Shown: in pieces, positions 13,471-24,939 of the stretch
Layout: the number at the start of each line of letters is the position of its first letter
Position numbering within the stretch: the first letter of the stretch is position 1
Source of the DNA: Nageia nagi
Lineage: Eukaryota; Plantae; Pinophyta
DNA: 64,000 nt
Direction of reading: 5' to 3'
NCBI GenBank assembly: GCA_050084985.1
Contig: JBITNC010000001.1
Coordinates: 172,980,001 to 173,044,000, forward strand
Notes under the pieces: model-generated
Seen by the model: the letters and a program-made list of their open reading frames with translations, nothing else
What the model was told of the DNA's origin: nothing
The model's database searches: none
Translations under genes and position numbers: made by a program

Positions 13471-14310
13471 TCAATTGAGAAATTATCAAAACTGTATAGC
13501 ATATTTGAATCATTCAAGCATGATTCATAATGTTTTGAACAATTTATCCTAGAGAAAAGATGTTTTATTGAGGTAAGATAATATAATATTTAAATTTTTG
13601 AGTTGAACAATTGTTAAGTATTACAAGCATGTTTTTGCCAACTATATCATTTCTGATTGTATGGTGTACTTATATCAATTTCATATCATATGTTGGTGTA
13701 TATTTCATATCATATGGTATAGTTGCATTACTTTAATATATGGTGTATTTAGATAATTTCATATCATATTGTGCACTTTTCATTTCATATCTTATGGTAC
13801 AGTAGCATCATTTCATACCAATATGGTCTAATTAGATCATTTCATATCATATGTTCGTGTATTTGGATCATTTTATATCATATGGCGCACTTGATCATGA
13901 ACATATGTTGGTGCATTTCAATCATTTTATATCATATGGTGCACTTATTATTTCATATCATATGGTACAATAGCATCATTTCAAACCAATATGATGTAAT
14001 TAAATCATTTAATATCACATGTTTATGTAATTTGAATATTTTTATATCATATGTATGTGTAATTTGGATATTTTTTATCATATGTATGTTTAATTTGGAT
14101 TTTTTTGTATCATATATGGTGCACTTGATCATGAACAATCTATGTTGGTGCAATTGGTTCATTTTATATGATATGATGTACTTATCATGAACATGCCTTT
14201 ATATTTCATCATATATATTAATGATGACTAGTTAGTTTTATTGGTCCATCCTTCAGGAGTCCATGGACAACATCATAATTGGGCTCACTATAATTGAATT
14301 TGAGTGCCTT
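12810..14310. repeat. AT-rich minisatellite (core ATCATTTTATATCATATGGTGCA) in two related blocks, ~12810-13110 and ~13650-14310
   Basis: Repeated core visible directly. Both blocks end in the same tail (ATTGG.CCATCCTTC...CATCATAATT.GGCTCACT). Confidence 0.85.
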
Positions 14311-14315
14311 GGGTA

Positions 14316-14381
14316 AATGGGGATGATGTAGCTTGGAATCATTCTTCTATTTGGAATAATGCTTCCAAGTTACATCCCATT
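14316..14381. other. Compact inverted repeat / hairpin (~24 bp stem)
   Basis: AATGGG[GATG]ATGTAGCTTGGAATCATT pairs with AATGCTTCCAAGTTACATCCCATT around a 14-nt loop. Confidence 0.75.
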
Positions 14382-14399
14382 ATTTAAAAAATATGATAA

Positions 14400-14687
14400 T
14401 TATACAACGGTTATAACCATCACATATATCTATACAAGGGTAGCTAATACCACCACCTTTAAAATATAATGAGGTAGTTTATAGCTACCCACATTGGTTA
14501 ATAATGCGATGGTTTAAAATAACCTTTGTAAGAGGTAGTTTTGGATACCATATACTAGTGTTAAGGAGTCATCATCATAGAAAGGGAACTTTTGGTGGAG
14601 GGCACATAGATGGTGGATAGATAATTACCAAAAAATATAATAGGCAATGGTTTATAACCACCCCCAAATACCTTTTTTGGTCTAGTG
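14400..14687 (+). mobile_element. Probable orphan CACTA transposon terminus with subterminal repeats
   Basis: Ends CCTTTTTTGGTCTAGTG (reverse complement CACTAGACCAAAAAAGG). Preceded by short palindromic GGTT(T)ATAACC-type repeats. No matching left TIR found. Confidence 0.5.
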
Positions 14688-14729
14688 AATACTTTTTCCA
14701 CAATAAAAGCTTATATATAACATAAGAAA

Positions 14730-16440
14730 TATATTTGCAACAAAGACACAATCTCATGGGTATGGTTTGGAGGCCTTCAAGTGTTGTAAAAAAATGCAAT
14801 TGATTAGTTTCAAACCATATTCAATAACCTTTGCAAGTATTCTCCTTATATGTGCAACATTTACAACTTTAAAATAGGACATCAACATTCATGGACAAAT
14901 AAGTAGCTATGTGTTTCTTTCATATGTAATTGTGATAACAAACCTCATATACATGTATTAAAAATGTGGGGTATGCAATAGAGAGACACCATCTCATGGA
15001 CTGCAATAATTGTATGGTATGTATATAATGGTTTTCATGAAGAGGCTATAAAGGTTTTAGAGGGAATACAAAAAAATTATGTTGCACCAGATGTCAATAT
15101 GATAAGTGCTCTAATAGATATATATGCAAGGACTAATTTAAATACATGAGGCAGAAAAATTGTTTGACAAGATGCATGATGTAAATATAGTTTCATGGAC
15201 TGCAATGATCACATAATATGCATAAAATAGGTTTTTTTTAAGATTCTAGCATGATGAAACACAACTTCATGGACTATAATGATTACAATATATGTACTAA
15301 ATATGTTGCATATTATGTTGTAATTTCAAATTGATTGATCTAATGAAGCACTTAGGAATCAACCCTTACAATATAACCTTTGTATGTATTCTACTTGCAT
15401 GCAATTATGCAGGTCTAATGGATGAGGGTTGTAAATATTTTAATAACATGAGAAACTCTCATTGTATTATTCCTGGGATGAATAATTATATATCCATTGT
15501 TGACTTTCTTGTCTATGCACACTATTGCAAGGGAGATTTGAAATACGTTACCAAAATATCCATAAAACCTAAATTGGGTGTGTGGATGTACCTACTTGGT
15601 GCTTGTAAATTAAATTTTATGGTCTTGAATATCTTGATAGATATGTATACAAAATATGGAACCCACCCTTAGAGCTTTAGGTACTTTTATTGCATTATTA
15701 TTGGCATGAATCAATATGCATGCATTGTTGACCTTATTGGCCATGCAGGATATCGTGAGGGAGCTTTGAACTTCATTACCAAAATAACCATGAAACCTGA
15801 ATTGGGTGTGTGGATGTGTAAATTGAATATTATGGTTTTGAATTCCCTTATAGAAATGTGTGTAAAGTGTGGAATAAACCCTTACAACATGAGTGAATTT
15901 TATTGCATTATTCCTAGGATGAATCATTATACATGCATTATTGTATTCTTGGTTGTGCAAGCTATCATGAGGGTTTTTTGAACTTGATTTCCAAAATACC
16001 CTTAAAACATAAATTTGGGTGTGTGGATGTCTTTACTTGGTCCTTGTAAATTGAATGTTATGGTTTTAAATGACCTAACATATATGTATGCAAAATATGA
16101 AATAAACCCTTACAACATGAGGGAATCTTATTACATTATTCATGGGATGAATAATTATATATGCGTTATTGATATTCTTGGTTATGTAAGCTATTGTGAG
16201 CATGCTTTGAACTTAATTTTCAAAATACCCATAAAACTTGAATTGGGTGTGTCTACTTGGTGCTTGTAAATCAAATGTTGTGGTTTTAAATAACCTAATA
16301 TATATGTATGTAAAATATGTAAGAATAGAAAAGTCCCAAGAATTATTTAATGAGATGCATGATTCAAACATAATTTCATGGTATGCAATGATTACAGGAT
16401 ATAAATAAAATAGGTTTTATAATAAAGTTCTTAGATGCTT
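14730..16440 (+). pseudogene. PLS/E-class PPR pseudogene with tandemly amplified C-terminal unit
   Basis: ORFs 15331-15672 (GINPYNITFVCILLACNYAGLMDEGCKYFNNM...KPKLGVWMYLLGACK), 15706-15981 and 16015-16269, plus KPYSITFASILLICA at ~14810; many stops. Confidence 0.9.
15459..16320 (+). repeat. About four tandem copies of a ~210-228 bp PPR-derived unit
   Basis: The TATTGCATTATTCC.GG.ATGAAT.A.TAT-like start recurs at ~15460, ~15688, ~15901 and ~16129. Confidence 0.85.
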
Positions 16441-17029
16441 TTATTCCATAAGCATAATAATTTCTTAATAAGATATGTTTTAATAATACATGTTGGGTTC
16501 TCTTTACAATTTCCTACGCTTTGCTTTGCTCAAAAACCTTAGATCGAGTTAGTTCTTCACAACAAAATGGAAATGCTCTAACCCCCTCAGGTCAAAGTGG
16601 TATAAGCTAAGTGCTCTACACCCTCAAATGATGTTCTAAAAAAACTCAAAATGTTACAAGTGCATGCCTAAGTTCCTCGTGCAAGATTTTTTTTTTTTTT
16701 TTTTTGACATTAAGGGGTAGCACCTCCTTATAATTTAGGGTGGGAATTTAAAAACTACCCCTAGAAACTACCACTAAAACCCAAAAATGATATGATTAAA
16801 AATTGTTACACAAAAACTACCTCAAATCACCCACTTCCAAAGCCCATTTTTGGTTTAGTGATGATTTAATATAAAATACATCAACCTCAAATGCTTGCAA
16901 TGGACATATAATATAACCATATACAAACATGTTGACATGAAAACAAAGGTATCCATCAACAATCTTATCACCTAGATAAAGGTGTCCATTAGCAATATTA
17001 TCACATAGACAAAGAAGGTATCCATAAAC

Positions 17030-20000
17030 AAGCCTATCTCCTATATAATGTCCATGAGATTTCATACCTCAAAAGTAACCTACAAGTTACAAGTAGTTCA
17101 TATATTCAAATCAATTAGATGCATCATATACTGATCAAGTGGTGCATTACAAGTCATCATAGAGATGTTAAGCTTAACTCATAGTAAATTGCTATCATCT
17201 TACTATAAAAATTATGTATGATCATAAAACATGAAAACATATCAGTAATAAGTGGATACATAATCGAAAAAGTATCATAACATAAGTATAAAAGTACACA
17301 TACCTAATATAACATTAACAATAAAGTGGATACATAATCCAATAAATACAATAACATAAGTATCGAATTTCATAAAAAGAGATGAACAACTAGTTAATCA
17401 CATGATACAATAATACAAAAAAAATCCTAAGGATTAAGTTATCATAAAAACTCATAAGAATTCTTAACAACTCATACTTCACTCCCCCTTAAGAATAACT
17501 TTATTAACCTAAGAGACATCCTATTCTTGAAAAACTCAGCTTGAGGAAGGGTTCTGCTGAATAAATCAATGATGTTTAGTTTTAATAAATAATATTACAA
17601 CCATAAAGCACCACCCAAAACTTTTTTCCTAATAAAGTGTGCTTGGATTTCAATATGCTTTTTCCTTTGATAAGACATAGGGTTTTTAGCCAAAGTAATA
17701 AATAATTGATTATCAATGAAAATTATATTTGCACTGTATTCCTAAAAACTTATTTCCTTCAAAATATTCCAAATCCATATAGCTTTTGAAGTAGTTTCAA
17801 TCATAATCTTGTATTCTTCTTCTATAGTATATATAGTGACAATAGGTTGCTTCTTTCAAGACCAAGAGATATAACTTGAACCAATCCTAAGGCATAAGTA
17901 CTAATTGATTTATTTTCTTCATTATCTTTTCAATAGTCATCATATGAGTAATCAAATAAGAAAAATGAAGGTAACCTTGAAAATATAGGGTAATGATCCT
18001 TAGTTCTAACAATATACCTTAGAATTTTTTTTATTATAAGAAGATACTCAACATACAATTTGTGTATAAATTATACTATTATATTTACTACATAGGTAAT
18101 ATTAGGCCTAGTGATCTAGTTATACAAATAATACTACCAATAAGTTGCCTATCAAAGGTTGCATCCACCAACTTAGATATTGACATAACCTCTAACTTGC
18201 TTCTAGTAGAAATAGGAATGGCAAGAGACCTACACTCTTCCAAAATATTTGAGATATGCTTAGATTTACTAAGATAAGTACAATCCCTATTATGATATAC
18301 TTTCATTCCAAGGTAGTAATGCAAGAGACTAACATAAATCATTTCATATTTTGAATTGAGTCTATGTATGCAATTAGTGATGAGTGCAATTTTATTTCTT
18401 TTAATAAAAAATGATTAACATAATTAAGAATCAAGAACAAGTCATTTCCTTCATCAAAAATATAAATATATGAGTCTTATAAGCACTTATTGAAGCCAAG
18501 AGACTCAAAGTATTATGCAATATTCTCCTACTAGGCTTTAGGAGATTGCTTTACAATATATAAAGTTTTCTTTAACTTGCACACATGGGATTCGTTTCTT
18601 AGCATTGCAAACCCTTCAAGTTATCTCATATAGATTTCAACCATTAAGGAAAGCACTTTTTTATATCAAGTTGAAAAATATTATAACTTGAGCTAATAAT
18701 AAGGTAATGGGAAATCTTATTGAAGGCATTTTTGCAATTGGAACAAAGGTTTTCTCATAGTCAACACCATGTTTTTGAGAAATTATTTGACAACTAGCTT
18801 TGTTTTGTACTTCTCAAATTTTTCACTTAAATTGTACTTAATCCTAAAATCCATTTGTTTCCAATAACATTATTATTAATTGGATAAGGAACTAGATCCC
18901 AAGTTCCATTTTTCATAAGAGTATCCATTTCATCCTCTATTGCTTCCTTCCAAAAAGAGTTATGGGAAGCTTATTTAAAGGTTTGAGGTTCATATTGATT
19001 CTTAATTATTGTAAGAAGATACAATATGTTAGTTTTCATCCTTCTTATTACCATTTGTTTTTCTAAATTGTCTTCCATTGGATATCTTTTAATAGTTTGA
19101 TCCAACCACTTAGGCTTTTTTTAGAAAGGCTAATTTAAGTTGTAGATACTTGCATTTGATTTTTATTTAGTTAAAAATCACAGTTTAGGTATCTAAATTA
19201 ATTTATTAGATTTATTATTATATTTGAGGTATATTAATGGAATAAAGTGTATCTCACCTCTTTTCTTTATTTTATGATAGGAATTTTAAGTGAATAGTCT
19301 TGGCCAAAGATAAAACTTTATCTATAAAAGAAAGGAAGGATGTGATTCAATCATATCTAGATCTTGATATAGAAATCATAATATTATATGAATAGTGTTT
19401 CTAGTATCACCTATCAAGTTTGGATTTACAACCTCATTGTTTATTACTTTCCTACATTCACAATATTTTAGTTTACATTGACATTATATCAAGTATCTTT
19501 TATGAATGAATAAAGGTTTGAATAACATTATTAAGTAATATCACACATCATTATCTAGGAGACCTAATCTTATGCATTGATGCATCATCTACTGAGAGGA
19601 ATTAAGATCCAAAATTTAGGGATTGATCTTCATAAGCTTCCATAAATAATATCTAAGCTACAATTTAGCAATACAAGTAAGATAACAGGTTTGCAGTACA
19701 TTCCAATTCATATTTGATAAGGTCTAGATCATAAAATCATTTGAGCTATATTGTTGATAATTCTACCCATTTATTTAATTATAATATTTATTAAAATAGA
19801 TATTATTTATTGAGTAAAATCAATTTTTAATATCTATATAAGCCTTCACTTGGTTTGGAAATATCAAGGTTCTTAACAAACTTAACATCTCCTGAAACTA
19901 TAATTATTCTTGAAGAAGGAGAATAAAGCTTATAACCTTTATGTTAACTATCATAATCAATAAAGATGTAATTTTTTGACCTATAATCCAACTTCTTCCA

Positions 20001-22009
20001 CTTTTTAGAAATAATATATGAGAAGACTCCAGTTTATAACACTTTGAAATGTGAAATGTTGGGCTTCTTTCATGTCCAAACTTCGTAAGGATTTTTTCCT
20101 TGAACTGCCTTAGTTGGACATTTACTTAAGGTGTACATAGTTGTATATACTACTTATACCCATAAAAACTTAATATGATTTTCCAATATACATCTAGCCA
20201 TTTTCATTATGGTTCTATTTTTTTCTTTCATCTACTTCAATATATTATGGAGTATAAGGAATAACTAATTAACTTTTTATTCCTTTATATAGAATTCATT
20301 GAATTTATCATAGATGTATTCCCTAACATTATTTGATCTTGTCATTTTGATACTTTGACTTTTCTCTTTTTCAACAAATGTTTTGAATTCTTTGAAAATT
20401 TCAAAGGAATTGGTTTTTTTCTTAAGAAGGTAATAAAAGATCATCCTACTAAATTCATTGATGAAGGTTAGAATATAAGATGCACTTCTAAGAGACTTGA
20501 ATTGAAAAGGGACCATAAAGTCAAAATAAATCAAGTGAAGAATATGTATTGCCCTTATGTCTTTTTCCTTTTTTAACTTTTGCCTACTTATCTTTCCCAA
20601 GATGCAATTCCCACAAAATCCAATACTTGGTGAGATATCAAGCAAACCTTCAATAAGGATTTTATTCTTCATGAGTTGAATATTTGTTTTAGTTTATGTT
20701 TCCCAACCTTTAATGCCATATACTACCATTTGGAAAAATGTTAGTGGCTAAGAAAACTTTGGAATGAATTTCAATAACTACATAAATATTACTCTTTACT
20801 AAACTTAAGATTAAGGTAGAAATACATTTCTTTATACTCCATGAAGATGCATTAAATTATATGGAAAATCATTCTTGTGTAATTTGAAGCATTGAGATGA
20901 TATTTCTCCTTAGATATGGTATAAGAGGACATTCTCAATTTTTTTTCCATTTATGATGGCATTACCAATTCTATGAACTTCAATATTAGAATTATCACCA
21001 ACAATCATTGAATCTACTTTATGCTTGTGAAAATATTCAAATTTCTCTTTCTTAAAGAACATGTGATTAGTATATCTTGAGTTGAGAATCTATTTAACAT
21101 CATTATAATGACTCATGAATAAAAGGGAATAAACATACAAAACTTTTATTTTTTCCTTTGTTGTTTACATTCTTATTCCCTTTGAATAAGTTTACTTTTT
21201 ATTTGACCTTTTCTTCATACTTCTTTAAGTAAGTATCTTCCTTATGTGTTTTCTTCATAATGATTGCATTAAGCTTAAAATTGAGGCCTTTTGAAAGGTG
21301 TCTTATTAGTACCATTTTACAGTTGATCTCCCCTCTCATCATACCTTTTGAACAATGATGGGTTGAAATTTTTCTTATGATTCATCCATTTCATTTTGAA
21401 GATAAGATTCATTGCATTAAAGAAAACATTTTTCTCCTCAATGAAACTTTGTTTTTTTTTTGTTCATTAGTGACTCCTTATGTTAAATTAAAAGACTTAA
21501 GAAAGAGTTTAAGAAGATTGCTTCACCATCCATCTTGATCAAGCCTTATGTTAAAGATAGTTATATATTTATTGAATTTTTTGTCTAGGTTTATCTTGAT
21601 GATAAAGCACAATAAGTTCTCATGTATCCAATTACAGTCATAAGATAAGAGTTAAGTTTTTATATCTTTCATCTTTACTAGAAAGGCAACTACAATTTCA
21701 CCATCTTCATTCATGGTGTTGAAGAATTTAGAGAGAAGAGTAAATTTTCTTATGATATTGGACCCAAGGTAAATTGACTTAAGAAGATTCCATTCATCTT
21801 TCACATTCTCAGATGGAAAAATTGTTAGAACAAACTTGTCCTTGCACAAATGATCATGGACTTGACTTGTTTGAACTAATGCAACTTCTCCATTCACAAT
21901 CCTCTTGATTTGTTTAGCTTGAAAATTTTCCCTCATACTTGGCTTCCACATACAAATTTAGTGCCACCAAGGATATATTTGGAAGAAATAAAAATGAAGG
22001 TTCACTCAT
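17030..22009 (-). mobile_element. Ty1/Copia retrotransposon internal region, heavily decayed; LTRs not recognisable
   Basis: gag (21652-21951), GAG-pre-integrase/integrase (20277-20672 CGNCILGK), RT (~18000-18950), RNase H ending LRGSEV* at 17472. The 3' UTR at ~17030-17200 resembles 51150-51330 of the second Copia. Confidence 0.9.
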
Positions 22010-22539
22010 TATGGCTATATACAACATAAGAAGAAGAAACAAGGATTAAGATATGTGCAAAATAAATGCACTAAAAAGGTAACCCTTCATGTTCATGAAA
22101 CAAAAAATCTAAAATTTCCATAAGAATCATAAGCATAAGTAATAATAATTGAATTTAAAGATCAATTGAAACAAAATATAATTAACTTGTTCTTACAAAA
22201 AGAAAAAAATATTGTTAGCAATTTTAGTTTATTAAGTTAACAACTAACTACTTTGCAAGTTAGAAATTAAAGTTTACATAATTTTTTTTTATCAATTTGA
22301 TAATTAAAACAACCATAGCTTGTATAAAAACTTTGAAGAAAAATATAATTGACACAAGTTAGTGGTTAGTTTCTTAGTTTACATTATCTATTTGTACAAT
22401 CATAGATAAATACTTTACAAAATGTTGAAAAAGAGTCAATTGGAATGTTTTCATTTTAGCCTCTTTATGCCTTTTTCAAAGCTTATCCCTCTTTTCCTTT
22501 TTCTTTGCTTCCCTCCAAATTGAATTATGCTCTCTTTGC

Positions 22540-22650
22540 AAAGAGAGCACCTTTGAAATAATGTTTTTCCTTTTAAATTTACAAGCCATTAAAAAATAGA
22601 GAGCACCTTGGAAATTATGTTTTTCCTTTTTAATTTACAAGCCATTCAAA
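22540..22650. repeat. Two-copy tandem duplication of ~56 bp
   Basis: AGAGAGCACCTT.GAAAT.ATGTTTTTCCTTTT.AATTTACAAGCCATT occurs twice. Confidence 0.85.
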
Positions 22651-23920
22651 ATCACATTTCACATATTAAAAATCAATAATGAGGGTTAGGTATCAACATG
22701 ATGTACGTTAACGAAAACTAATTAAGTTAAGAAACAAACTTGTAATTAGTTTAAGTTAAATTTTAAGATCCATTAAAACTCAAAACATTGAGAATGGAAA
22801 AAGGAGAGGCTTAATGAAAATGTCATCATAAGTTGTAATCACTCACTAAAAAATATTTAATAAGGTAAAATATTATGACAATTTAAGATTCCAACTCAAA
22901 AAAAGTATGAATAGGAAGTTTCATGGCATCTTTTGATAACTTTAATTTTTACTTCACAAAAGATAAATTTAGGGTTCTCATACATGTCCCTCCAAAATGG
23001 GTATGTAGTAATTTATCCAAGGGATAACACCCTTCCTCTCTCTTGCAAAAAAATATATAAAAAGATTCAAATTCACAATGTAGATACATATTTGTAACTT
23101 GAGAATAAGAATAAAAATGATAGAAGAAAGACCAAAAAAAGGCACTTATAAGATATAAAAAAATTCATTTACCACTTTTTTTTTAATTTTGCCAAAAAAA
23201 ATCTTTCCATTTTTATATTTTTCAAAAAAATAATTTCTTAATCCTTTTTTATTGTCTAATCTATTTCTTCCTGTTATATATTGAATAGAGTGTTTGTTCT
23301 TAATCCTCCAAGGGAGAGGTTTTCTTTCACCTTTACATGATTCGATGTGATAGCAAAATAGTCTTATCAATATTGGAGAGTAAAGCTCTTGCTTATCAAT
23401 CCTTCAAGGAGAGGTTTAATTTTCTACCCTTGATGCTTATTCTTGGTATATTGCATGATATATATTATGTTATATGATATTATGATGATGATATGATAGT
23501 CTTGGTTGAAACTCATATCAAGCTTTGAGATGATAATAGTTATATCTTGACAATTCCATAGTATTAACATTGGTTGAAACTCATATTAAAGTTTGTGTTA
23601 TGCATGTTATATATTTTTCATTTCTAGAAATAAATGATATATACCATGTTGTCTTTGTTGAAATTCATACAAATCTATAATATGTTGATTTTGTCTTTGA
23701 GATAACAACGCAATATCATAGGAGATGATGTGTATGCTTATAGTTATTTATCTCTATGCCTATTGTAAGAAGTCATTGTCAATCTTGGAGAGTATGGTGT
23801 ATTCTTGCCAATCCTCCTTGGTAGAGGAAGCATTTTATTTTCCTTAGTTCTCTTTATTTGATATTACCTTCTTGTAATAACCAATTGAAAGAAGGGACAA
23901 GAGATAAGATGCAAAAAGTG

Positions 23921-24293
23921 TGTTAGGATCCCATATCCTAACATTTACATATATTATATTAGTTACTTAATTAGGTTATCGGTATATATTAAATTATAAG
24001 GTGGACCAAATCACCATTTTGTATTAACAGTCAATTAGGGTTAGGATAGGACTTTAAATGTGTATAGGATATGAATAAACATTATCTTAGAAAACATATT
24101 ATTTTGAGTTGTAAGGAGGTAGCCCCCTTGAAGCAGCATGTTATTCAATTTGTTAACGATAAAGTTTCTCTATTGTGATCTTGTTATTATTTTGATTCGC
24201 ATTGTTATTCTATTATCATTTGGATATGTTTCTAGTTTGTATTTATCTATTATTTGGCTCAAATCCCATTTTAGATCTTATGGGTTCCTAACA
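23921..24293 (+). repeat. 5' LTR of the chromovirus
   Basis: TGTTAGGATC...GGGTTCCTAACA; aligns end to end with 29297-29686. Confidence 0.95.
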
Positions 24294-24295
24294 TC

Positions 24296-24307
24296 TGGTT
24301 TCAGAGC
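24296..24307 (+). promoter_or_regulatory. PBS (tRNA-iMet)
   Basis: TGGTTTCAGAGC versus consensus TGGTATCAGAGC, 2 nt after the LTR. Confidence 0.9.
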
Positions 24308-24939
24308 TTCGATTTTGGCACCTCTAGGCAAGTTGAAGACTTAGATTTATTTAGTCCCAACTAAAATGTTGTCAAAATATTCCTAGATTTTGAGGTCAGA
24401 TTGAGTTAAAGACTTAGAAATTGCCCATTTCTAACCAAAAATGTTGCCAAAAATTTTCTAGAACTCTATAGTCACATAGACTTGAAAACCTAGAAATCAT
24501 TCATTTTACAATCGAAACTTTGCCAAAATTTCTCCAAAAATCTACATTTTTTCCAACCATAGTCCGTGACCCTTTTTTGAATCACACCATTTCTCTATCA
24601 AGCTATTTTTTTCATCCATTTCATCACTATTTATAGACCTTCAAACTACACCCAACCACTATTTATGAAAATCCTCTTTTCCTTTCGAATCCCTAGATTT
24701 CCATACCATAAATAGTAATTGCCAAAATGGATAAAAACTTTTGAGGTCATTATCTTCCAAACCATGGGGAATTAGCTAATTTTGAAAAAGCCTCTTTGTT
24801 ACCTATAGTAATGATTTTTGAGACCTATTACATTGTAATTATTTTTTCGTGTTGATCATTTCGATATATAGCATCCATACACTTTTTCAGTTTCCAAAAA
24901 TAACAATTTCCAAAAATAGCAATTTCCATAAATAATAAG

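Noticed and set aside
13771-14190. 139-aa and 69-aa ORFs rich in I/H/Y/M
   Set aside because: Translation of the minisatellite; no coding signature.
14358-14381. Similarity of the hairpin 3' arm to the miR482/2118 family
   Set aside because: Only TTCCAA and CCCATT match; too many differences to assign the family.
23636-23650. ATACCATGTT as PBS and LTR start for the first Copia
   Set aside because: Lacks the GCTCTG part of the PBS, and no partner LTR was found near 16.5-17 kb.
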